Shown one piece after another: positions 44,549 through 57,852 of a DNA stretch of 64,000 nucleotides (the first letter of the stretch is position 1; the number at the start of each line of letters is the position of its first letter). The position numbers and the translations under genes were made by a program. Under the pieces are notes generated by a model. That model searched no databases. It saw only the letters and a program-made list of their open reading frames with translations, and was not told where the DNA came from. The stretch is from the human T2T-CHM13v2.0 reference genome, Homo sapiens, in assembly GCF_009914755.1 (NCBI RefSeq), contig NC_060945.1; one strand, 5' to 3'.

Positions 44549-45130
44549 AAGCAGTGTGGTGATTCCGCAAGAGCTAAAAACAGAACTACTATTTGACCCA
44601 GCAATCCCATTACTGGATATATACCCAGAGGAATATAAATCATTCTACCATAAAGACACATGCATGCAAATTCTCATTGTGGCACTTTTCACAATAGCAA
44701 AGACATGGAATCAACCTAAATGGCCATTAAGGACAGATTGAATAAAGAAAATGTGGTACATATACACCATGGAATACTGTGTAGCCATAAAAATGATATC
44801 ATATCTTTTGGGGGAACATGGATGGAGCTGGAGGCCTTTATCCTTAGCAAACTAACACAGGAAACTACAATCAAATACCACATGTTCTTACTTATAAGTG
44901 GGAGCTAAATGATGACAACTCATGGTCACAAAGGGAACAATAGACACTGGAGCCTACTTGAGGGTGGAGAGTGGGAGGAGGAAGAGAAGCAGAAAAAATA
45001 ACTGTTGGGTACTAGGCTTAGTAAGTGGGAGATGAAATAATCTGTACAACAAACTCCCAATACATGAGTTCACCTGTATAACAAACCTGTGCACATACTC
45101 CTGAACCAAAAATAAAGCTTTTCTAAATAA
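44549..45130 (+). mobile_element. 5'-truncated L1PA (older subfamily) 3' end
   Basis: FDPAIPLLDIYPEEYKS ORF2 end plus 3'UTR; TSD agaaagcaaaga. Confidence 0.9.
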
Positions 45131-46187
45131 AGAAAGCAAAGAGCAGACCCAAATAACATTTGTAGTACCTGAAGACTTACGTGCAAAATAGATCAATCAA
45201 CAGAGATATGCTGAATGAATTAACAAACCCAAAGAAAAGTTTTCTGTGTTTTTTGTTTTTCACAAAAGACCCTGTGTCTGTCTGATAATATATTTGAGGG
45301 AAGATTCGCATTTTGGAGGCCTTCATATTACAGAAAGTCAACGCTTACATGTATTATTTTTATGTCTATAAAAATAGCGACTGAGCCAACATGAGAATCA
45401 TAATAGTGTTTCCTTATTATCTTCTGTGACCAGTTTCTGTGTCCTTAAGGAGGGGCGATATGAAAATATATTATCAGTTATTATGTGCCTTTGTCTTGTT
45501 TACCTCTCAACCTTCTTGCAAACTTCTGATAAAATATATGTGTGCAATAAATATTTGTTCATTGAGAAAGAAAGGCTATGGAAAAAAAGAGCAGGGAGAG
45601 ATAAAAGTAAGGCTTTGAGTTATCAAAATGAAGTTTTCTAAAGCAAATTTTTTTGTTTCTGAATTCTGGAAATACAAAAGAAAACAGACAAATGAACAAG
45701 CAAACAATGAATAATTTCTAAAGTTTTCCAGTCTTGGGTTCTACCTGAGTATTATTTGTCCCATACAGAAAATCTCACTTTCCCTTCTTTCCCTCTAATG
45801 CCCACCTACTTCTTCCAAATCAAATTAGTCTTTTTTAATCATGCTAAGACACCACCATGAATAACTTATGGTTGTTTTATAGAATTATTTATTGACTTTC
45901 AAGAAGATGATTCTACCTTAACTGCTAAGTTCTGCACCGAAAAATTGAGAGTCTGTAGTCTCTTTAAAAGGCAACTAATTTAACAAGGAAAGATTCACCA
46001 ATCTCTTTCCTGTCATTTTCCAGAAAAAAAAAGTTTTGAATAATTTATTACCAGTTTCCTATTAGTAAATCAACACACGGCATAAATAAATAATTCCTTG
46101 TAGCTGGGGTTTTCCTTGTCATTAGAAATAGATAACCAGGGCCTTTTATGCTTGATGATAAATGTTTTTCCAAATATTTTGATTAAA

Positions 46188-46485
<298 letters not shown>

Positions 46486-46542
46486 TGATTAACTTCTTAA
46501 ATAAAATCAAGTGTTTACTCACTTTACTCTCCCATGGATTCA

Positions 46543-46884
<342 letters not shown>

Positions 46885-47218
46885 AAATTAATTGATCCCA
46901 GAAATCTCATCTAATATCCACAATGAAAGTTTAGGGTAGTCAAGATATAGGCCACACTTTTAGATGTCAGATATTGAATCAGCTATGTCAATGTAGACAT
47001 GATCTGCTCTATGGTAAGATATGTTGTATGCTGCTTGCTATGCCTACTGTAGGCGCTTAGTAAAGATAGGGGGATGGAAATGTAAATACATGTATAAATT
47101 CAATCTTGGATTGCAGGTTTCTCCTCAGAAAAAAAGTAGAAAAGTGACAGTTTTTCATGATTTAGCACTGATTAACATGATTCACAGCTTCTTTCTTCTC
47201 TCTCTCTCTTTTTCTTGG

Positions 47219-47752
47219 TGGCATAAGGACAAACTTTATTGAGAACAGCACTAGTTCTCTTTCTCCTGCCCGGTCTTGGTTCCCTAGACTATCCCGTCTG
47301 GCGGGCAGCAATGAGACCCACTTTGGCCAGCAGAGGCATCTCTGCAGATGGTGGAGGGCTTGCCGATGTGCTGGTGGCTGCCACCTCCCTCCGAAATGAT
47401 GCTCCACAGGGTTCATGTTCACACCCCACCCCGTACTTGTGGCCAGCAGTTCCTCTTTGCCTTATATCTGTGGTATGCCCAGCCAGCCTTCAGGATGGGT
47501 TTGTCAATTTGGCCACCTCCAGCCACCACACCAACCACAGCTCTGTTGGCTGAGGAGGTAACCTTCTTGGAGCCAGAGGGTAGCTTTACACGGCTCTTCT
47601 TGGTCTCAGGATTGTGGGAGATAACTGTGGCATAGTTCCCTGATGCCTGGGTCAGCTTGCCATGGTCTCTAGGCTTCTCCTCCAAGCAGCACATGATTGT
47701 ACCTCTCAGGCATGGTATCCACAGAGAGAACATTGCCAATGTTGAGCTGGGC
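47219..47752 (-). pseudogene. RPL8 pseudogene: Processed, 5'-truncated ribosomal protein L8 (uL2) pseudogene
   Basis: Translates as [73 protein letters not shown]. Intronless with frameshifts; stop at 47251-47253, AATAAA at 47235-47240, A/GA-rich tail remnant. Confidence 0.96.
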
Positions 47753-48431
47753 AACATTTTACTATTTCATATTAAAATGAGGTTTAATATTTTATAATAA
47801 TGGTGCTAGAATTTCAATTCATAATTTGAAAATGTAACAAGCATTTTTTTAAAGACTCTGTCTCTCAAGCCCTCCACAAAATGTGACCTCTTCCCACAAT
47901 CAATTGAGACTTGCAGTGGCAAACCCCTCTCTTGCTGAATTTGATTGATCCACCTTCCATCCTGATTTCCACAGAGACCCTGGGCTGGTGCTGATGGAGC
48001 ATTTTTTGTCATGGGGGAGGAAATGATCCTTTCAGAACATTTAGCAATAAAAGCAGTGCAAAAATAAATCAACGTCCCTGACCTTTCTCTCTCCCTATTT
48101 TTGGCAACAAACCTTTTACTCCAAGTTGTCATTTTTCTACCCATGCTCAGAATCACCTTCTTATTCTCCAGGTGTTCCTAAAACTTCTCCATAAATTTCT
48201 CAGTGGCGTCTCCATTTCTTTCTATTTCCAGTTATGTCCCCATGGCTGGCTTTGAGACCGTTAGTATCACGTATTAATTATTCATCTTCTGTCATCTTCC
48301 TACCTTACATTCCACTACTGGTAGTAATTTAGCTGATTATTTTCTGTATTTTCAGTAAAAGCCTTGTTAAATGAAAATCCTTAAACATGTATTCTGTGAA
48401 CAGGTTCTCACCATTATCTATAATAATAATA

Positions 48432-48775
48432 TAGATTGAGTATCCTTAATCTGAAAATCCAAAATTCAAAATGTTTCAAAATCCAAAACTTTTTTAAAAA
48501 ATTGTATTTTATTTTAGGTCCTGGGATACTTGGGCAGAATGTGCAGGTTTCTTACATAGGTAAACGTGTGCCATGGTGGTTTGCTGCACTTATCCCAAAA
48601 CTTTCTCAGCAGTGACATAATATTAGAAGGAAATGCTCCTTGGAACATTTCAGATTTGGGATTTTCAAATTTGGGATGCTGAACCATTGTAATGCAAATA
48701 TTCCATGATCCGAACAAATCTGAAATCCAGAATGCCTTTGGTCCCAAGCACTTTGGATGAGGGATGCTCAATCCG
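48432..48775. mobile_element. Tigger4a/MER46A (Zombi) MITE with nested L1PA 3' fragment (48493-48594, minus)
   Basis: TIRs (t)agattgagtatcc...ggatgctcaatccg with TA flanks; L1 insert flanked by ccaaaacttt TSD. Confidence 0.85.
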
Positions 48776-48779
48776 TAAT

Positions 48780-49040
48780 AACAGTAGCTGTGGTAATAGC
48801 TATCTTTCACTAAGTAGCTACATTATTCCTGGTACATTTCTAAGCTCTTTAAAATATACGTATTGTCTCATTTAGCCCTTACCATCACTTGATGGAGTTT
48901 TATTGCAATCCCTATTTTACAGACGAGGAAACTGACATGTAGAGTCTGAAAGTAGCATCTCAGGCCCCATGCTTGTAGGCCTACAATTCAAACTCAGGCT
49001 CTTCTGCCTGGAGACTTTATGCTTTACTATTCTATACCGC
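48780..49040 (-). mobile_element. MIR
   Basis: cctattttacagacgaggaaactga core. Confidence 0.8.
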
Positions 49041-49141
49041 TCCTAGATGTGGGAGAGCTAACCCACAAGGTTTACATATTCTAAATTTTAGCAACTGATG
49101 TCAAATTGACCTTAAAATGGACGCTATAAATTTAACTCCCA

Positions 49142-49407
49142 TTATAGTTAGTAATAGTTATAATTAGTAAGCATGAATAAGACCTGCTATTTGATAGCAA
49201 AACAGGTGACAGTAGTCAATAATAATTTAATTGTATATTTTAAAATAACTAAAAGAGTATAATAAGATTACATGTAAAGGGATGGATATCCTATTCTCCA
49301 TGATGTGGTTATTATGAATTGCATGCCTGTATCAAAACATTTCATGTACTCCATAAATATATACACCATGTAGCTACAAAAATTTAAAATTAAAATTAAA
49401 AAAAATA
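49142..49407 (+). mobile_element. L1MA 3' end
   Basis: L1MA 3'UTR; 16-bp TSD ataaatttaactccca. Confidence 0.88.
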
Positions 49408-49522
49408 ATAAATTTAACTCCCAGAAATATTGAACAATAGTGGTGCTTTCAGTCTTTTATTTATATCTACCTACCAGATCAGGAAAACCAAAATCTCAGG
49501 TCTTAAAATGTGTATTCCTGGG

Positions 49523-50024
49523 TGTTGAAGGCCGAACGAATGAGGGTCATGATCAACTCAGTATACCACTGAAGGCCATATGAGTAAACAGCAAACTGTT
49601 TCTCATGAAAGCAGGATGTTGGCAAACTGACAAACTGGGTCTGCCACCCAGAAGGAATGCTAAGGGCTGCCACGACCCAGGCACAAGTGTTTCTTGTGAT
49701 TAGGCACATCTGAAGCCTGTTAGCAATAAAGTGAACCTGTGATCAATGAAGCAGCTGACCAATTGTTACCTCCTCCTCCCTGCTCTTTCTACTCAATAAA
49801 TACGAAGGGCTGTAGAAGCTCAGCACGGCTGCCTTTGCTCATTAGGAGAAGGGAGCCCTTTTCTTCTTCCCCTGGCCCCTTCCTTTAAAATAGTTTCTTT
49901 TGTCTGAAGCTTTCATTTCTATGTTCTTCCTCCTTCGTTCAGTCTCCTAATGACAGTCTCAGGTAGTAACAGTAGTAACTGCCGTAGTGATAGTCTCAAG
50001 TAGTAACTGTGGAAGTCTGCCATA
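49523..50024 (+). mobile_element. ERVK-class solo LTR (LTR3/LTR22-like; subfamily tentative)
   Basis: 502 bp, starts tgttgaaggccga; perfect 6-bp TSD cctggg, typical of betaretroviral integration. Confidence 0.85.
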
Positions 50025-51222
50025 CCTGGGGGCAAATTTTAGCCATAAAAATATACTGTATTCTTCAGTGCATTAGTCTGAATTGTTGAATGTTGGAAGT
50101 GAAAGAATACAGAGTGGTACTATAGCCTCCTATTTTATGATGGTAAAACCTGAGTATCTGAGGGTTAATATGACTTCCATAAGTTTCCACATAGAAATAC
50201 AAGGTTTGGGGAGAGCTCAGATGTTTTCTATCTTTTAAAATGCTATTTCTGCTCATCAGCACTGCCTCCTATAACCACTTCTTTAGAAATTACACTTAAG
50301 TAAAGGATTTCATGTTGATTATTTGATAGATGTGCCAAAATACTGTGCTGGACATTGAATGCTCATGCTAGAGGTCAAAGAAGGCACCTAGGAAGGCAGG
50401 ATGTAGGATAATAAGTCCTCTTTTCTAACCTCTTGTACTATTCTCATGAAAAATAAAATACTAAGAGAATAGAAAATGAAGGAAAACCCTATGCGTAGAA
50501 TCAGCCCGTACGTTTCTGGCTACCCACCAAGCATACTTATTTTAGCATTTGTTTATGATACAGACTTTGTGATTACAAAAGCAGCCATAGATTATCCAAA
50601 CCACTAATGTGAAGACGAGTAACAGAATTGTGAAATTGGAATGCATCCCAGAATTAATTGTAGATAAAGGCCTATCATGCCATATGACAGACAAGTGATT
50701 GAGGACTAGAGACGTTAAATTACTTGCCCAAAGTAACACTGCTAGTTAGTATCGAAACCAGAATTTGAATTTAAGTTTTCTAAATGTATACATTTCCATA
50801 AAAGTAAGAATCGATCTACTCAACTTGTTCAACAAATGACTATTAAGGGATTATTAATTGCCAGACAATAATCTAGCCATTGACAATTTGATGGCAAGAC
50901 AGATATCTTTACTATTTCCCTGGCATTAATCACCAGTGGGGTTAGAGAATGTGGAGAATGACACCCCCACCTCCAAGTCTCAGCTCTCAGTGTTGACGTC
51001 CATGTGGCGGGAACACCACTAGGAAAAAGTTTCTGACCTCCCTCTGTCCATTAGGCAGGTAGAGGGAGGTTTTCTTGTCTGATCAATGGGCTTGGATATG
51101 GAATTAGGCATGCTTAATCAGCACCTCCTTTCCTTCCCATCAGGTAGCTTCTATTCTGCTCTACTTCTCTCCTAAGCGTGATTAGGACTCCAGTGGTCTA
51201 GCACCGTCTGTCTCTAGGTGAA

Positions 51223-51587
51223 TGTCTTAGCCCATTTGGGCTGCTGTAACAGAAGTACCATAAATTGAGTGGGTTATCAATAACAGAAGTGTATTTATTA
51301 TAGTTCTGGAGTCTGGAAAACAACCAAGGCACTGGCAGACCCAGTATCTGATGAGGGCCAGCTTCCTGGTTGAAGACTGCCAACTTCTTTGTATCTTCAC
51401 ACGGTGGAAGGGGCAAGGCAGTTCTCTCTGATTGTTTTATAAGAGCATTAATCCCATTCATAGACGGCTTCTCCCTCATGACCTAATTATCATCTCCTAA
51501 ATGCTCTATCTCCTAATACCATCAAGTTGGGGGTTAGGATTTCAACATATGAATTTTGGAGGGAACATAAATATCCAGGCCATAGCA
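51223..51587 (-). mobile_element. MLT1A/MSTD-like MaLR LTR
   Basis: tgtcttag...ttcaacatatgaattttggaggg...catagca. Confidence 0.85.
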
Positions 51588-51870
51588 ACAGCTCAATCTA
51601 TTTAATTCTGGAATTAATATCAGGAACACCTCTTACCTTTATATAGAGTCACCTATCTCTGTGAGAAGTAATTTCAGTAGTAAAAACAGCAGTTTACTCT
51701 TATTTGCTGACTCTTTTATTCTATTTTTCATTTGGTTCAAAAATTGCTGAGGGAAAGGAGTGTTACATTTGGGATCGCCATCAAACCTAACACAAAAATT
51801 CAGATCAATTTTTATGTAGCAAAAGTCGAAGGCCCTATAGAAACATGCAAGGGTAGTTTAGAAGATATGA

Positions 51871-52280
<410 letters not shown>

Positions 52281-52629
52281 TGAAATAGGCATCTTTTATA
52301 CTGAAATGATATTATAATTCACTAGAGAGAGATTCATTACAATGTGTGCCTATTCTAAACCTCACCCAAGAGTTTCTTTGCTCACATAGGTATAGGATAG
52401 TGACTCATACCACGGACCTTTGAGGCATAATTAAAGCAAAAACCTAAAATATTTTCTTCTTTAAGAAAAAAAACAGTCTTCTGGTCAACTACGTATTAAA
52501 TGCACTTATGATTTTTATAGATGTAGCCTAAAATGACAAGTATATAGCATAAACTCTAAGAGTTAGCTCAGAAGAACAAATGCGGTCTGTGATGGTTATG
52601 AAGGTATGGTCTGTTTTAAACGTTACTTG

Positions 52630-53097
52630 TTATGTTCTGTCAACAGGGGGCACTAGAGAGTAACAGGCAGGAGGAGAAAGGAACTGTTCCTTCTTTGCCT
52701 TTCTGTTTCTGTAATGTCACTGTGGCAATGGCAGTTGGTTCCAGTTCCCCCCTCCCACCTTCTGATTTGAAGAACTAGTCTCATTGAATTCCCACCAGAG
52801 ACCAGCACACCCCAACAGCAGTGCCCCCTCCATAGAGGTCTGGCTCACCATTCCACAGGGTCCCCCTGTTCCACCGTCTGAACTGTGCCTCTCTTCAGAG
52901 ATCAGTCTCACTCCCCTAGCACTTATTGGATTCTAGCAACCCTGACTTCTTCCCTTTGTCCCAGATCTCACGGGTGAGGCTGCTTCCTGCAATTACTATC
53001 CCCATCATCTTGGCATTTCCAGTCCTCTAATACATGCCTAACCAATTCTCTATATTATATTGCCCTGGTTTCTGTTTTCCTGCGTGGACTCTGAGCA
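52630..53097 (+). mobile_element. LTR33-like ERVL LTR
   Basis: gggggcactagagag... and 3' end ggtttctgttttcctg..tggactctga. Confidence 0.6.
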
Positions 53098-54531
53098 GTT
53101 GCCCAATGCTAGGCATACCATATACATTTAGGAAAAGTTAAACTCCCAAATGGGCTTTCTCCAACCACTCTGGATCCACAGCTAACATTCAATATCCAAG
53201 TCAGTTCTAGAACATGTCAGCATCATCCACTCATCAAATCAGTAGTCATGTGAACAGATGGTGCTCAGTAGCACTTCTAGAAGTAAAATGTTAAAGAAGA
53301 AAGTTCTCAAACAAAAACCCTTGACCATCATACTTATTGCACAGTATCTTTGCAATTAGGGCAAGGGTCAAAAGCCGGCAATATGAACTGGTTTCTGAGA
53401 AATAAGCTTAAATTATTTATGCATTCTTTAAAATTGTTTCTAAGTTACATTATTTTACAACTAAAGTTGCCTCCAGACAAGAATAACGAGAGAGAATGAG
53501 ACAAAGAAAAAGGATGTTTGGGGGTACGGGGCAAAGGAAACAGAACTGCTTGTTCTTGCCTTATGTTGAAATTCCATTCTTCAGACTGATTTAGCAACTA
53601 TAATAAAACTCACTCAGCAGTTTGAAAAACTAAATAAAAATTATCCTCATTGCTTTTTCTGAGCCTGTAAAAGATTGTAGTTTTTAATGATAATCCATTT
53701 GTGGAGTCTTCCATTGCCCACTATCTCTCCCTGTGATCAGGTTATATTCTGGTGCCCGGCTAAAATCAACTTTTGATCTTCAGCATTCCTTGAGTTTCTA
53801 ATTATGATGATCTCACCTATCAGTGTGCCTCTCCTTTCTTTGTTTGCATTTTCCTTTTATTTTATGGCTGTAGAAATAAACACATGTTATCTCTGGATCT
53901 TCATATCAGGAGGGGATATATGACTTGATAAGCTTTCTCATCAGCTGTTGAAAATAGTCAGATTCCAGCCCAACCAAACTGGAGTTAATATGTTGCTTGC
54001 AAAAATATGTCAGACTTTTTATTGTGTTACTCTTTTAAAAGGTTAATAATTGTAGAGTTTAAATGGTCAAGGTTAAGGTGAACCTTATTATTACCTGATT
54101 ATGATATTTAATGTCTTTAGTTGTGAAATCAGTTCCATCAGACATGGGGCCTGGTGTCTACTGAAAGCTTTAATGATCTGGCCCGGGGTCCAGGCAGATT
54201 TTACTAGTACACTTAGGTACATGTGTTTTACAAGAAGGGTGGAGTCTCTCAGTTAAAATGACTGCAGTTTGCAGCTTCTCTTCCGAAAATTAACTCATGG
54301 AGGAAATTCTGGTCTCCTATGGCACTTCCTCTGTTTTTCTTCTTTTGAAACATAAATTAGCATTAGCCCAAACACAGGGTCTTGAGGAAATATGTAAGTT
54401 AGGTATAAAGCTTCCATTGGTAGCTCTTGGCAATTCAGTAATTAAGGTGTAACAAAACTAAATGCATCTCTACTGATTTAATGGCTTATTTGTGACATGT
54501 AATAAAAATATGCCTGTATCTTTAAAAGTCA

Positions 54532-54974
<443 letters not shown>

Positions 54975-55860
54975 TCATCATATTTTAGAGGTGTAAGTGT
55001 TCATTAAATTCAACCTCTTCTTTTTTTCTGGTAGGGAATCTGAGGCCCAGAGACAAAATGTGACAATACCAGCACTAGAGAATAACCTCCTATTCCCAAG
55101 CCCAGTCTCCTTTTACGACTCTGTGCCCTGTCTCTTGTCTCCAGTCATCTGCCTGACTTGGCTGCAGTGACAGGCATCATCTCTACTTCCCACAAATATG
55201 TATGTGGTCCCACAGGCCACCAGGCAACTATCCAAATGGCCTTTAGATTTTATGTAGAAAAGTTGAAGGACTGTTCACTTGCAAGAATTCATTGGTTTTA
55301 TATTTTAAAGACTTAAATGATCCGGGAAATTGCTTTCTCGGTCCCATGTTCTGTCTCAGGATAGCAAAATATATAGGGCATCCCTGCGATTGGACACAGA
55401 CTTCTAAAATCAACACGATGTTTCTAACAGCCTTGTTCACTGATACCCTCAACCCTATTTGGTAGTGATCATGAAAACCCTCTGCCTTTAACAGTTTATT
55501 TTAGAATATGTTGCATAGCTATTTCTGAAGCTGTTTACATGGAGATAATGATAAATATGCACCAAGTTTCATGTATGGAATAAAGTTTCATAACTTGGTA
55601 AACAGATGTTGACGGCATGGAATGATGTTTTGCAATCACTGAAAACAGCAGAACTTCTGGGCTTGGGACTCTGGGGTTGAGGTCCCCTTATGCTTTTGAT
55701 TACCACAGAATGTGAGCCTACACTGGAATCAGAAGAATAAAATTGTGCCCTAAATTTAGATTAGAGAAGGATTTGGGGCTGGTTTTGTGTCTGGTTAAAC
55801 CATCATCACCTAAAATTATTGTTTCAGTGTGTGCTTCCTGGAAATATGTATCCCAGAATA

Positions 55861-56175
55861 TTTTTTGAATTTTTATTTTTAGAGACAGTCTTGTTCTGTT
55901 GCCCGGGCTGGAGTGCAGAGGGGTGCAATTATAGCTCACTGCAGCCTCAAACTCCTGGGCTCAAGTGATCCTCTCATCTCAGCTTTCCAAACAGCTGGGA
56001 CTATAGACATAATCATGCCCAGCTAATTTTTATATTCTTTTCTTTTTTATTTTTAGAGGTGAAGTGAAGTCTTACTACTTTGCCCAGGCTGGTCTTCAGC
56101 TCCTGGCCTGAAGCCATCCTCCCATCTCAGCCTCCCTATTAGCTGAGATTACAGGCTCAAGCCAACATGACCAGC
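55861..56175 (-). mobile_element. AluJ
   Basis: Diverged antisense dimer. Confidence 0.88.
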
Positions 56176-57541
56176 TCTTCCAGGAATTGTGTATAATAAT
56201 TTTTCTGCCACGGTATGGCTGTGGTTGAGAAAACCTTCACTGTGCCTTCACATTCAGGTTGGTTAGGTACTTTTTAGACTAATGAGTTCATGCATTCTCT
56301 GGAATGAGTAGAGAAATGTTCCTTGAAAACCACCACAACTATCTTGATCAGATAGAGCTGTCATACCTGGTCCCTGGAATACTTGTGCTTTTATATTATG
56401 TTTCTATTAATATTTTATAACACTACTATGGTTTTTTTTTATCTAAAAGCAGAGAGAACTGTAGATGTTCTATGCCTCTGGCTGGATTGCACTGTTACAC
56501 TTAAAATCTCTATTACCTATCTTTCAAGAGAGGCAAGGAAAAAAAAGGAAAAAAAAATACGCTGGCTAAGTTCTCTCTTCTTTATCAACAGTTTTCTAAG
56601 TTATGGAGATAACATTCTTTATTATGATAATTATGCCCATGTCTTAAACCAATAATTAAAATAGAAAAAAAGCAGTAAATATGTATTTTCAAAAATAGTA
56701 GAACTATGACTTCTGGATATATACATAACAAGTTTAAGAATCATGATGAAAAGACATATATGTGTATTCATACACATCTATAAGCTCACATACCTATTCA
56801 CAATTATTCATAAAGTTAGCATAGTTATTGCCTTTATCTGATTCCAAGATAATCTTCAAAGAACCCATTAGCTTTAGTAGAAATTCAAACATTAGTCATC
56901 ATCCACATTAAGAGTTTGTAAGAGATGGAATTCAGAGAGTCAGATGTGACTTACCGTGGTGGGGAGGCCTGGGGCAGGATGAGATTAATTCATCTCCAGT
57001 TTGAGGGTCTTTCTAGTTTATTGGGATGCCAAGGTTATGTGTTTTCAAGTCAATGATTCTCATATGAGGCCAGGAAGGGGAGTTGCTGGAAAATGTTTAA
57101 ACAATCCTCTTCCCTGCCCTTTCCTTTCCTTTTACATGCTTTCCCTTACCTTCCTTTTCCCATTCCTCTTTATCTCCACCCCATTTCCTTCTCTCTTCTT
57201 GTTGATGGCGGTGGCCCATGCTACGTGTTCCAAGCCAGAAATTAAGAGCACTCTTGACTAAAGTTATACCTTTTTCTTTGAAAATTTACTTGTTTATTCC
57301 TATTCTAGACTATTTCCCTCGAATTCAGGCAAGATCAGGAGTACAAGTTCTAAATTTTATAAGGTTCTTCCCCCAAATTTTAGTTCTGTTTGGAACCAGT
57401 TCTTAAATATTTTAATTTGTAGATATTGCCTCCATGTGAGACATTCTCATGTGCCTTCTTGCTCTATGTGTTGTGGAATGAAAATGTATGTAATTCAGTA
57501 CTTCAGGAAAATGTTCTTTCCCAGAGGGAAATGCTACCTAT

Positions 57542-57852
57542 GGCCAGGCACAGTGGCTCACACCTGTAATACCAGTGCTTTAGGGGGCCAATATGGGAGG
57601 ATTGATTGAGGCCAGAAGTTCCAGACCAGCTCTTCAAAATAGACCCCTTCTCTGCATAATAATAACAATAATAATAATAACAAAAATTAGCCAATTGTGG
57701 TGGCGCACACCTGTGGTCACAGCTACTCAGGGGGTGAGGCTGCAGGATTGTTGAAGCCGAAGATTTTGAAGCTACCGTGAGCTATGATTGTGACACTGCA
57801 CTCCGGCCTGGGAGACAAAACAAGGTCCTGTCTCTAAAAAAATAAAAAATAA
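57542..57852 (+). mobile_element. AluJ with (TAA)n linker
   Basis: Diverged dimer. Confidence 0.88.

Noticed and set aside
47239-47635. Plus-strand 104- and 95-aa ORFs
   Set aside because: Antisense shadows of the GC-rich RPL8 pseudogene.
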